Part shown: in pieces, positions 1 through 8,676 of the stretch
How positions within the stretch are numbered: the first letter of the stretch is position 1
Layout of the letters: each line of letters opens with the position of its first letter
Assembly: GCA_946411155.1 (NCBI GenBank)
Contig: CAMKDB010000001.1
Location: 32,363 to 96,362 of the forward strand
Direction of reading: 5' to 3'
DNA: 64,000 nt
Origin: an uncultured Faecalibacterium sp.
Lineage (GTDB): Bacteria > Bacillota > Clostridia > Oscillospirales > Ruminococcaceae
Made by a program: the position numbers and the translations under genes
The notes under the pieces: generated by a model
Told to the model about the DNA's origin: nothing
Seen by the model: the letters and a program-made list of their open reading frames with translations, nothing else
Database searches by the model: none

Positions 1-1
1 A

Positions 2-562
2 GACAACATCGTAGACAGCTGTTTGGAACAGATCCTTGATCAGCTGAATACCGGGGAATTCGATATCATCGTCCGTCCGCACCCGCAGGAAGTGCGTCAC
101 AAGAAGCAGTACATGGAAAATCTGCGCCAGAAATACGAGAAAGACGGTATAATAGTACAGACGGATTTCTCCTCCAACAATCCGATCATGGAAGCCGACC
201 TCCTGATCACCGACTGGTCCGGAATCAGCTGGGAATTTGCTTTCACGACCCGGCGACCGGTACTGTTCATCGACACCCCCATGAAGGTTATGAACCCAGA
301 CTGGCAGCAGATCGATGTTCCTCCGCTGAATATTGCCCTGCGTGATCAGATCGGAAAGCGTCTTTCTCTGGATGAACTTGACCGCACACTGGAGACCGCA
401 AAAGATCTCCTCGGCCGGTCGGAGGAGTATCACCGGAACATAGAGGCTCTTGCTCACGAATATGTTTATAATCTGGGCAATTCCTCGGAGATCGCTGCAC
501 GCTATATTATCAAAACCATCCGCCAGAAGGTGGAGGATAAAAAGGAGAAACAAATTCCATGA
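2..562 (+). CDS. CDP-glycerol glycerophosphotransferase (TagF/TagB family), C-terminal part; 5' end lies outside the window
   Basis: The frame is open from base 2. The motif EADLLITDWSGISWEFAFTTRRPVLFIDTP is typical of the TagF-family C-terminal domain. The M at 23 in the track is a TTG inside the open frame. Confidence 0.7.
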   Translation, partial: DNIVDSCLEQILDQLNTGEFDIIVRPHPQEVRHKKQYMENLRQKYEKDGIIVQTDFSSNNPIMEADLLITDWSGISWEFAFTTRRPVLFIDTPMKVMNPDWQQIDVPPLNIALRDQIGKRLSLDELDRTLETAKDLLGRSEEYHRNIEALAHEYVYNLGNSSEIAARYIIKTIRQKVEDKKEKQIP

Positions 563-828
563 AAAAGATCTTATCTGTGCTCACTGCCATTTATCTTTTC
601 GGAACAGGCATGCTGCTCTTTGGCCTTAACGCTAAGGCTTATATTGATCCTTCCGTCACGACATATGTGATCCAGGCCGTCGCCGGAATCGCAATCGCTG
701 TTGGTGCCGCCCTGGGTGTTTATCTGCGCCGGGCGAAAAAGAAAGTCAGTGAAAAACTGGGCATCGACGAGAACCGCAACAAGGAAGTCGAGTCGGACGA
801 CCTTGGCGTCGACGATGACGATGTATAA
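559..828 (+). CDS. small membrane protein (89 aa): two hydrophobic helices and an acidic tail
   Basis: ATGA overlap with the upstream stop indicates translational coupling. It has N-terminal and central hydrophobic segments, and a terminator follows. No family recognised. Confidence 0.5.
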   Translation: MKKILSVLTAIYLFGTGMLLFGLNAKAYIDPSVTTYVIQAVAGIAIAVGAALGVYLRRAKKKVSEKLGIDENRNKEVESDDLGVDDDDV

Positions 829-847
829 CTGAAAATGATGCAGTGTT

Positions 848-884
848 GCTGCTGCCGTTTCGGACGGCAGCAGCTTTTTCTTTA
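848..884 (+). terminator. rho-independent terminator
   Basis: GCTGCTGCCG / CGGCAGCAGC 10-bp stem with a 7-nt loop, followed by TTTTTCTTT. Confidence 0.75.
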
Positions 885-958
885 TTATCAAAGCGGGGAA
901 GTGGAGGTCTCTGGTGCTTCCCAGTCACAGACGGATGGCGGAATCAGAAAAGCCCTGT

Positions 959-1933
959 TTACAGCAGGGCTTCCATTACTTTAAGATCTTCAGCGCTCAC
1001 TACCCGGTAATTTCGGGGATGTCCCTCGCAAAACCGCAATTCTCTTCCAAGGTGATACAGAAAAACAGCGCAGATCGTTTCGTCACACGGAAGGCCGATC
1101 CTGTCCGCATCATAAAAAGCCTGCCGTAGGAACCCGAAGTTATAGCACTCCGGAGATTTTACATTGATCAGCCTTTCAGCAGGGAGATGGGACAAGCCTT
1201 TTTCCGGATCGCTTCCGTTCAGAAGAAAAGGAGTCACAGGATCCATCCGCTCAAAAGTGACCGCACTTCCATATTGCCGGCAGCAGCGAATGGCGTTGGA
1301 GACCGTCTCAGGATCCACAAACGGACTTGTGCCGTCCTGAACGATCAGAACGTCCCACACATCGGCGGAAGCAGTCAGCCATTCTACGGCATTCCGTAAG
1401 GAAGTGACCCCGGATGAGCCCCCGTGAACGATACCCAAAAGTTTTGTGATTCCTTCTTTTTCAGCATAGGCAGAAAGATAATCTTCCCATCCGTTCAGAC
1501 ATACCGCAACGATTCCGTCTATCTGCGGGTGTCTCTGAAAGGCTTCCATGGTATATAGAATCACCGGTTTTTCACGCACCGTCACGAACTGGAAAGGTAT
1601 TCCGGCAACGTTCATATGTTTCATTCCGCCCGCAAGGATTACGGCGACACACCGCTGTTTTCTCTTTCTCCGCTCAGGCGGCTTCAGAACAGAAGGATCC
1701 GGAACGATGATCCCTTTCGGCAGATCGTTCTCCGGCTCATCATTCGCAAGATATCCCACAGTCGTATGGAGGATCTGCGCCAACTGCTGAAGCTGTTCTC
1801 CTGTGACAGGTGATGCGTCTTTTTCTATTCTGGTAATGGAGGAACGGTTCCTGTAGCCCATGGCGTCCGCCAGTTTCTGCTGACTGATTCCGAGAGCAAT
1901 GCGTTTTTTCCTTATATTTTTCCCCAGTGACAT
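959..1933 (-). CDS. XRE-family HTH domain fused to an IspD/TarI-like cytidylyltransferase-fold domain
   Basis: The N-terminus IRKKRIALGISQQKLADAMGYRNRSSITRIEKD is an HTH_3 type. The C-terminal ~230 aa has the IspD-like pattern CVAVILAGGMKHMNVAGIPFQFVTVREKPVILYTMEAF. A GGAGG RBS lies upstream of the ATG. Confidence 0.75.
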   Translation of the reverse strand: MSLGKNIRKKRIALGISQQKLADAMGYRNRSSITRIEKDASPVTGEQLQQLAQILHTTVGYLANDEPENDLPKGIIVPDPSVLKPPERRKRKQRCVAVILAGGMKHMNVAGIPFQFVTVREKPVILYTMEAFQRHPQIDGIVAVCLNGWEDYLSAYAEKEGITKLLGIVHGGSSGVTSLRNAVEWLTASADVWDVLIVQDGTSPFVDPETVSNAIRCCRQYGSAVTFERMDPVTPFLLNGSDPEKGLSHLPAERLINVKSPECYNFGFLRQAFYDADRIGLPCDETICAVFLYHLGRELRFCEGHPRNYRVVSAEDLKVMEALL

Positions 1934-2017
1934 GTTTCCGCCTCCTGCGCATTCTATATATACTATTTAATCAGCACACCCGCAGAAGGTCAATAAAATG
2001 TTGCATTGTTGCGTGTT

Positions 2018-2047
2018 AATCAACAAATGATCGGTAAGTTGTTGATT
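2018..2047. promoter_or_regulatory. perfect 9-bp inverted repeat AATCAACAA-N12-TTGTTGATT in a divergent intergenic region (candidate operator)
   Basis: Read directly from the sequence: 2018-2026 and 2039-2047 are exact reverse complements. The repeat lies between the HTH::IspD-like gene and the LicC-like gene. Confidence 0.35.
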
Positions 2048-2137
2048 CGAGCTTGTAAACAATCCGCTCACGTTGACCGCCGCAAGGATAAGGCTGTACG
2101 TTATTAACATGCAAAAAATGCGGAAAAGGGGAATTGT

Positions 2138-3028
2138 ATGGATAGGATCTCCTTCGAGATACTGAGCGCGATTGCGGAAAACAGAGACCTGTCGCTTGAC
2201 TGCCGGGTATTCGGATGGAAGCAGACAATGCTGGACGAGGCATGCGCGGCACTGGAACGGAACGGTTTTCTGTCCGGAGGTGCCGTGACGGAAGCGGGAC
2301 TCGAAGCCCTGGAACCTTACAGGGTTAAGCGCGCCGTGTTTATTGCAGCCGGCTTCGGCTCGCGGATGGTTCCCATTACGATCAACACCCCAAAACCGCT
2401 GGTGCGTGTTCACGGTAAGAGGATCATCGAGACGCTCATTGACGCGGTCCTTGCCGCCGGTATTACGGAGATCTTCATTGTTCGCGGTTATCTCGGAGAG
2501 CAATTTGAGCTTCTTCAGAAAAAATACCCGATGATCCATTTGGTGGACAATCCCGAATACGATGGTACCGGGACCATCTCCTCCTTTTTCTACGCACGGG
2601 AACTGCTTGAGCAGGCGTATGTGCTGGAATCCGATCTGGTCGTAGCAAACCCAAAGATCATACGGAAATACCACTTCAGCTCTGATTTCATGGGGATCCC
2701 CATGAAAGAGACGGACGACTGGTTCCTGAAGACAGACGCCGAAGGGACGATCCGAGAAATCGGCGTGAACGGGGCGGGAGATAATCTATTCCGTCTCATA
2801 GGAATCTCTTACTGGGACGCGGATGCCGGACACAGACTCGCTCTTGACATAAAGGAAGCATACGAGGGTCCCGATGGAAAAATGCTTCCCATGTCCTATG
2901 TGCCATTCCGGGTTTACCGAAACAGATATCAGGTCTCCGTGATGCCCTGTCAAGAAACGGATGTCATTGAGATCGATTCTTTCCGTGAACTCCAGGAAAT
3001 GGACATAAGCTATCAGATAAAAAGCTGA
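2138..3028 (+). CDS. LicC-like nucleotidyltransferase (CTP:phospho-headgroup cytidylyltransferase type) with a ~65-aa N-terminal extension
   Basis: The signature AVFIAAGFGSRMVPITINTPKPLVRVHGKRIIE is a G-x-G-x-R-M plus PKPL nucleotidyltransferase signature. The N-terminal 65 aa may be winged-helix-like. Confidence 0.75.
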   Translation: MDRISFEILSAIAENRDLSLDCRVFGWKQTMLDEACAALERNGFLSGGAVTEAGLEALEPYRVKRAVFIAAGFGSRMVPITINTPKPLVRVHGKRIIETLIDAVLAAGITEIFIVRGYLGEQFELLQKKYPMIHLVDNPEYDGTGTISSFFYARELLEQAYVLESDLVVANPKIIRKYHFSSDFMGIPMKETDDWFLKTDAEGTIREIGVNGAGDNLFRLIGISYWDADAGHRLALDIKEAYEGPDGKMLPMSYVPFRVYRNRYQVSVMPCQETDVIEIDSFRELQEMDISYQIKS

Positions 3029-3070
3029 ATTAAATCAGCATAATTCAATCAGTATGGAGGAATATACCCC

Positions 3071-4612
3071 ATGAAACAAAACATCAAAAAAATGCTCGCT
3101 GTTCTGCTGCTGACGAGTCTGACGCTGTCGCTCGTCTCCTGCGGCGGAAAACAGGAAACCGCGGATCCGGCGGAAAACTGGGACGGCGTTATTACCATCG
3201 TACAGTCTTCGGACGTCATCGGTTTCGACCCGACAGCTTCCACCGACACCAACAACAAAAACGTTCTGAAGAACATGGTCTCCCGTTTATATGAGACGGA
3301 TGACTATTTCAATCCGGTGCCTGTGCTTGCTACCGATTACAAACAGGTGAACGATTACACCTGGGAGTTCACCATCGCTTCCGATGTGCATTTTCACGAC
3401 GGCACAGTGCTGACTGTGGATGACGTCATTTACAGCCTGCAGCGCGCAAAGGAGAAATCCTCTTCCGGCAAGACCCTGCTGGGGCCGGTAGAAACCTTTG
3501 AAAAGGTGGACGAACATACGCTGCGCCTGACCACATCCACGGTTTATGGTTCCATGTTGACTGCGCTGTCCAATTCCGCCTGCACAATCCTCTCGAAAAC
3601 TTGGATCGAAAAGGCCGAAGCAGGGGAGTGCGACTGGGACGAAGTGATCCGCCAGGGTGCGACCGGCCGTTATATCCTGGGCGACCGTCAGATCGGAAAT
3701 CAGGTCGAACTTCTGAAGAATGAGAACTATTTCGATCCGAACGACGCAGCAAAAAATGACAAGCTCATTTTCCGGATCATTCCTGACGCCACCAGCCGTA
3801 CCGTCATGGTTCAGACCGGCGAAGCGGACGTGAACGTCAACTTTGATACGGCTGCAATGGACGATTGCCTTGCAGACCCGAACGTGCAGGTACTTCAGCA
3901 TGAGTCTTCCACGATCTATTACATTGCACTGAACTGTGAGAAAGGCCCCTTCACCAGCAAGGAACTGCGTCAGGCCGTCGCATGGGCGGTAAACCGTGCG
4001 GACTGCCTGGAGGTCGGTTACAACGGCTACGGCCGTGAATGGTCGAATGTCTGGGCACCTACTGTATACGGTGCTACTGACGATCCCTACACGCTGGACG
4101 AGGCCAAGGCAAAGGAACTGGTCGCAAAATCCGGCTACAACGGTGAGGTCATCTCCGCCTGTGTAAAAACCGACGCCGAGGAGCGCATCGCTCAGGCGGT
4201 TCAGGCTCATCTTGCCAAAGTCGGTATCACGATGAAATATTCCCGTATCGACAATACGATTCTTACGGAAGTAATGGCAAATAACGAGTATGATATGGCC
4301 TTCGACTACACCGCATTCTACAACGATCCCGAGTTGTTCGTAGGCCGTCAGTTCCAGGCGTCCGGCATCGGTGCGAAGAACTATTCGCACTATTCCAACC
4401 CGGAAGTCGATCGTCTGATGGAAGAGGCAAAGGCCACTCTGGACGAGAACAAGCGTATGGAATACTATCACCAGATCAACCAGATCCTCTGTGACGACTG
4501 TCCGTGGATCGGCATGTTCAACAGCAATCTCTACGCGCTTGCCCGCACCGGAATCCAGGGCGTCAACATCAACGTGGAGACGACCTATTGGTACAACACG
4601 ATCTGCTATTGA
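3071..4612 (+). CDS. ABC transporter substrate-binding lipoprotein, family 5 (Opp/Dpp/Nik type)
   Basis: Lipobox LTLSLVSCGG, a length of 513 aa and the family-5 SBP sequence pattern. GGAGG RBS. Confidence 0.85.
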   Translation: MKQNIKKMLAVLLLTSLTLSLVSCGGKQETADPAENWDGVITIVQSSDVIGFDPTASTDTNNKNVLKNMVSRLYETDDYFNPVPVLATDYKQVNDYTWEFTIASDVHFHDGTVLTVDDVIYSLQRAKEKSSSGKTLLGPVETFEKVDEHTLRLTTSTVYGSMLTALSNSACTILSKTWIEKAEAGECDWDEVIRQGATGRYILGDRQIGNQVELLKNENYFDPNDAAKNDKLIFRIIPDATSRTVMVQTGEADVNVNFDTAAMDDCLADPNVQVLQHESSTIYYIALNCEKGPFTSKELRQAVAWAVNRADCLEVGYNGYGREWSNVWAPTVYGATDDPYTLDEAKAKELVAKSGYNGEVISACVKTDAEERIAQAVQAHLAKVGITMKYSRIDNTILTEVMANNEYDMAFDYTAFYNDPELFVGRQFQASGIGAKNYSHYSNPEVDRLMEEAKATLDENKRMEYYHQINQILCDDCPWIGMFNSNLYALARTGIQGVNINVETTYWYNTICY

Positions 4613-4687
4613 TCGGAAATACGTTTATCACGACCCCGGAGACCTCACTGAGGACTCCGGGGCATCCCCATCCATAAAGGTACAGTC

Positions 4688-5698
4688 ATGATTCGTTATT
4701 CGTTCAAAAGGATTCTGTACATGATTCCGGTAACGATAGCAGTGATCTTTCTCGTTTACCTGATCATGTACCTGACACCGGGAGACCCGGTAGCGCTGTT
4801 GCTTGGCGGCGACGCGACCCCGGAGCTGATTGCGGAGACCCGCCAGAAACTGGGCATCACGGATCCCTTCCTTGTCCAATTCGGGCGTTACCTGTGGAAT
4901 CTGCTCCACGGGGATTTCGGTATGTCCTGGTATACCGGAAGGCCGGTGGCGGAACGTCTCTTTTCAGCGATTCCGTTTACTGTGACCCTGAGTCTGTGCT
5001 CCATGCTGGTCGCACTGCTGATCTCGGTTCCTTTAGGTATCCTTGCGGCAGTGAACCGCAATACGGTCTCAGACTATGTGATCAGCGTTTTTGCCATGAT
5101 CGGCGTCTCGGCGCCGACGTTCTGGGTCGGAACGATGCTGCTTCTCTGGTTCTCTTTGGGCCTGAGAATGCTGCCTTCCGCCTACGACGGCACCTGGCGG
5201 AGCATGGTGCTTCCAACGATTACACAGGGTTTCAATATGCTGGCGAGTATCGTCCGCACCCAGCGTTCCTCCATGCTGGAGGTTCTGAGTTCAGACTATA
5301 TTCGAACGGCACGCGCCAAAGGCGTCAGCAGATTCAGCGCGACTTATAAGCATGCGCTGCGCAACGCAGTTCTGCCCTCCATTACAGTCGCAGGACTGGA
5401 TTTCAGCCTTTTGGTCGGCGGATCGGTCGCCATCGAGACCGTGTTCGCCATCCCCGGAGTGGGAAGGCTGATGATCGATAATATCAAATTGCACGATACA
5501 CCCACGGTCATCGGGTGCATGGTATTTGTTTCGGTGATGGTCAGTATCATCAATCTGCTGGTCGACATCCTGTACGGACTGATCGACCCCAGAATCAAAG
5601 CGCAGTATTTAAGAGGAGCCGGTAATGGCAGAAAAGAAGAACCGAAAGAAAAAGGAAAGTCAGGCGAGACAGGTCTGGAAACGGTTCCGGAAAAATAA
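4688..5698 (+). CDS. ABC transporter permease (OppB/DppB type)
   Basis: N-terminal LTPGDPVALLLGGDATPE and C-terminal LIDPRIK are typical of this family, and the protein is polytopic. Its 3' tail overlaps the next gene by 74 nt. Confidence 0.85.
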   Translation: MIRYSFKRILYMIPVTIAVIFLVYLIMYLTPGDPVALLLGGDATPELIAETRQKLGITDPFLVQFGRYLWNLLHGDFGMSWYTGRPVAERLFSAIPFTVTLSLCSMLVALLISVPLGILAAVNRNTVSDYVISVFAMIGVSAPTFWVGTMLLLWFSLGLRMLPSAYDGTWRSMVLPTITQGFNMLASIVRTQRSSMLEVLSSDYIRTARAKGVSRFSATYKHALRNAVLPSITVAGLDFSLLVGGSVAIETVFAIPGVGRLMIDNIKLHDTPTVIGCMVFVSVMVSIINLLVDILYGLIDPRIKAQYLRGAGNGRKEEPKEKGKSGETGLETVPEK

Positions 5699-6500
5699 GA
5701 TCGCCATGCTGGCGCTGTTTATCCTCACGGTCATAGTGCTGGCGGCATGTACAGCGGATCTGTTCTGGGATTATGAAGCAGACGCTTGTGAGATCCACGT
5801 TTCCGACCGCCTGCAGAAGCCGTCTGCCGAACACTGGCTTGGAACCGATGAGATGGGCAGGGATATGCTGTGCCGTATCGTTTACGGCGCACGCGCCTCC
5901 CTCACGGTAGGTCTGACTGCCACCACTTTTGCGCTGCTCGTCGGCGGCGCACTCGGCGCGGTATGCGGATATTACGGAGGTGCTCTGGACAATATCATCA
6001 TGAGATGTACGGACGTTCTTCTTGCGATCCCGGGCCTTCTTCTTGCCATTGCTATCATGAGTGCGTTCGAGCCCAATATCTTTTACATCAGCCTCTCGCT
6101 GGGCATTTCCTACATTTCGAAGTTCACAAGGATCGTCCGCTCTGCGGTTCTCACCGTAAGAGAGCAGGAATATATTGAAGCGGCGAGGGCGATCGGCGCG
6201 CAGGACCATGTTATCATTCTCAAACATGTACTGATGAACTGTATGGCGCCGATTCTCGTACAGTACGCACTTGCTATCGGCAGCCGTATCCTCTCTGTAT
6301 CCACATTGAGTTACATCGGCATGGGCATTCAGGCACCGACACCGGACTGGGGAAATATGCTCTCCGGCGCCCGCGCCTATATCCGCGGAAACGCCTATCT
6401 CGTTCTGGGGCCGGGCATCGCTCTTCTTCTGACGATCAGCGCATTCAACCTGATTGGAGACGGATTGCGGGATGCTCTGGATCCGCGGCTGAAACGGTAG
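5625..6500 (+). CDS. ABC transporter permease (OppC/DppC type)
   Basis: VWKRFRKNKIAMLAL N-terminus, LGTDEMGRDMLCRIVYGAR motif and C-terminal DALDPRLK. Confidence 0.85.
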   Translation: MAEKKNRKKKESQARQVWKRFRKNKIAMLALFILTVIVLAACTADLFWDYEADACEIHVSDRLQKPSAEHWLGTDEMGRDMLCRIVYGARASLTVGLTATTFALLVGGALGAVCGYYGGALDNIIMRCTDVLLAIPGLLLAIAIMSAFEPNIFYISLSLGISYISKFTRIVRSAVLTVREQEYIEAARAIGAQDHVIILKHVLMNCMAPILVQYALAIGSRILSVSTLSYIGMGIQAPTPDWGNMLSGARAYIRGNAYLVLGPGIALLLTISAFNLIGDGLRDALDPRLKR

Positions 6501-6512
6501 GGGGTATGCATT

Positions 6513-7556
6513 ATGGACGAAAAGAAAGATCTCATGCTTGATATCCGGGACCTGTCTGTGGAATACCGAACCGACGAAGAAACCGTCAAAGCGGTCAACG
6601 GTGTCAGTCTGCAGATTAGACGGGGAAAATCCCTCGGGCTTGTCGGTGAGACAGGAGCAGGAAAAACTACCACTGCTCTTGCAGTACTGAATCTGCTTCC
6701 CGAAACTACCGGCGTCATCACAGGCGGAATCATCTCGGTGGACGGCGAAGAGATCATAAAAAGAAACGGGAAGGGCGAGAGCGTATCCGCAAAAACCGAC
6801 AGTCAGATGCAGAAGATCCGCGGTGAGAAAGTCGCCATGATCTTCCAGGATCCCATGACTGCATTGAATCCGATTTTTACTGTCGGTGATCAGATCGCTG
6901 AAGCGGTACTGCTTCACCAGAACTGTTCCAGAAAAGAAGCTGTTGCCAAAGCTGAGGAGATGCTCGAACTGGTCGGTATTCCCGCCGGGCGTAAGGACGA
7001 TTATCCGCACCAGTTTTCCGGCGGTATGAAGCAGCGCGTGGTCATCGCCATGGCGCTGGCATGCAATCCCTCTCTTCTGATCGCGGACGAACCGACCACC
7101 GCTCTGGATGTGACCATCCAGGCACAGGTGTTGGAGATGATCAAGGAACTCAGGGAACGGTTTGGCACATCCGTCCTGATGATCACCCACGACCTTGGAA
7201 TCATTGCCGAGACCTGCGATGAAGTTTCTGTCATGTACGCGGGCTCCATCGTTGAACATGGCAACCTGGAAGACGTCTTCGACCGGACCCGTCATCCTTA
7301 TACGCAAGGGCTTTTCAATTCTCTGCCCAACATCCAGGACAGAACCGCAAGGCTGAAACCTATCCGCGGATTGATGCCTGATCCTGCTAATCTGCCTGCC
7401 GGCTGCGCCTTTGCAGACCGGTGCGACTATGCCTGTGACGTCTGCCGATCCGCGAAACCGGCAGGAAAATGGCTGACCGATACCCACTATGTGGCGTGCG
7501 TCCTCTATGAGGACGGAGCAGACGAAGACCGCCTCGGAAAGGAGAAGCAGGAATGA
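6513..7556 (+). CDS. ABC transporter ATP-binding protein (OppD/DppD type)
   Basis: Walker A GETGAGKTT, signature FSGGMKQR and Walker B LLIADEPTTALD, plus the C-terminal Cys-rich oligopeptide-type extension. Confidence 0.9.
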   Translation: MDEKKDLMLDIRDLSVEYRTDEETVKAVNGVSLQIRRGKSLGLVGETGAGKTTTALAVLNLLPETTGVITGGIISVDGEEIIKRNGKGESVSAKTDSQMQKIRGEKVAMIFQDPMTALNPIFTVGDQIAEAVLLHQNCSRKEAVAKAEEMLELVGIPAGRKDDYPHQFSGGMKQRVVIAMALACNPSLLIADEPTTALDVTIQAQVLEMIKELRERFGTSVLMITHDLGIIAETCDEVSVMYAGSIVEHGNLEDVFDRTRHPYTQGLFNSLPNIQDRTARLKPIRGLMPDPANLPAGCAFADRCDYACDVCRSAKPAGKWLTDTHYVACVLYEDGADEDRLGKEKQE

Positions 7557-8527
7557 GCAACGCACCGGAGCAAGACATCCTGCTGGATGTCCGTCATCTA
7601 AAGAAATATTTCCCAACCGACGCAGGGATGCTTCACGCAGTGGACGACGTATCCTTCACCATCGAGCGAGGAAAAACCCTGGGCATCGTCGGAGAATCCG
7701 GCTGCGGAAAATCCACCATCGGCCGAACGATTCTGCGTCTCATCGAACCGACTTCCGGTGAGGTATATTTTGAAGGTAAAAACATTCTCACGTTTTCCAA
7801 GCGTGAAATGCGGCGTCTGAGACAGGATATGCAGATCATTTTTCAGGATCCGTATTCCTCCCTCGATCCGCGTATGACGATCAGCCAGACAATCGCTGAA
7901 CCGCTGATCCTTCACGGAATCGTGAAGGACCGGAAACAAAGGGAACAGCGGGTCCTCGAACTGATGGAAACGGTCGGACTTGCTGAGCGCCTGTACGATA
8001 CTTACCCCCACGAACTGGACGGCGGCCGCCGCCAGCGTGTGGGCATCGCACGTGCACTGGCCATGAACCCGAAATTCATCGTATGCGACGAGCCTGTATC
8101 GGCGCTGGACGTTTCTATCCAGGCCCAAATCCTGAACCTGATGCAGGACATTCAGGAGCAGGAGCACCTCACTTATATTTTCATCACCCATGATCTTTCT
8201 GTTGTGAACCATTTTGCGGACGAGATCCTTGTCATGTATATGGGACGAATGGTCGAAAAGGCGGATGCGGAAACGCTGTTCCGCAATCCGATCCATCCAT
8301 ATACGCGCGCACTCCTGTCGGCAATCCCGATTCCAGACATCCATCACCGGATGGATCGTATCGTTCTGAAAGGGGAAGTGGTGTCGCCCATTGAGCCTGA
8401 TGCTGCCTGCCGGTTCGCTCCCCGCTGTCCTGAGGTTTGTGAGCAATGCCGGAACAGCGAGCCCGCTTTTGTTGAGGTTGAGCCCGGTCACTGGGTCGCC
8501 TGTTCGGTCTGCGGAAAAAACGGGTAA
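7553..8527 (+). CDS. ABC transporter ATP-binding protein (OppF/DppF type)
   Basis: Walker [10 protein letters not shown], signature-like LDGGRRQR and Walker [17 protein letters not shown] overlap with the upstream gene. Confidence 0.9.
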   Translation: MSNAPEQDILLDVRHLKKYFPTDAGMLHAVDDVSFTIERGKTLGIVGESGCGKSTIGRTILRLIEPTSGEVYFEGKNILTFSKREMRRLRQDMQIIFQDPYSSLDPRMTISQTIAEPLILHGIVKDRKQREQRVLELMETVGLAERLYDTYPHELDGGRRQRVGIARALAMNPKFIVCDEPVSALDVSIQAQILNLMQDIQEQEHLTYIFITHDLSVVNHFADEILVMYMGRMVEKADAETLFRNPIHPYTRALLSAIPIPDIHHRMDRIVLKGEVVSPIEPDAACRFAPRCPEVCEQCRNSEPAFVEVEPGHWVACSVCGKNG

Positions 8528-8566
8528 GATCACATATTTCTTGGCCGAATCAGAATTCATAAAAAA

Positions 8567-8601
8567 CCGAGACGGGGCATCCTACCCCGGTCTCGGTTTT
8601 T
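8567..8601 (+). terminator. rho-independent terminator after the ABC importer genes
   Basis: CCGAGACGGGG ... CCCCGGTCTCGG stem followed by TTTTT. Confidence 0.75.
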
Positions 8602-8652
8602 CTCTATATCAAAAGCGTTGCCTGACAGAGAGTGATATATTCCTGATAATCA

Positions 8653-8661
8653 TGCTATACT
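8653..8661 (+). promoter_or_regulatory. extended -10 element TGcTATACT upstream of the DUF2142-like gene
   Basis: Read directly from the sequence. It lies about 55 nt upstream of a GGAGG RBS at 8704-8708. No good -35 was seen. Confidence 0.3.
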
Positions 8662-8676
8662 ATAGTTTAGATTATT

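Noticed and set aside
1967-2674. 235-aa minus-strand ORF
   Set aside because: It overlaps the LicC-like gene in antisense and runs through the divergent intergenic region. It has no motifs.
3287-4471. 394-aa minus-strand ORF
   Set aside because: It is antisense to the family-5 SBP lipoprotein gene. It has no recognisable motifs and no RBS.
5595-7616. 673-aa minus-strand ORF
   Set aside because: It runs antisense to the OppC-type and OppD-type genes, whose plus-strand products carry canonical permease and Walker A/signature/Walker B motifs. Its own translation is low-complexity and Arg/Gly/Ser-rich. It is a typical shadow ORF in GC-rich coding DNA.
7598-8560. 320-aa minus-strand ORF
   Set aside because: It is antisense to the OppF-type ATPase, which has clear ABC motifs.
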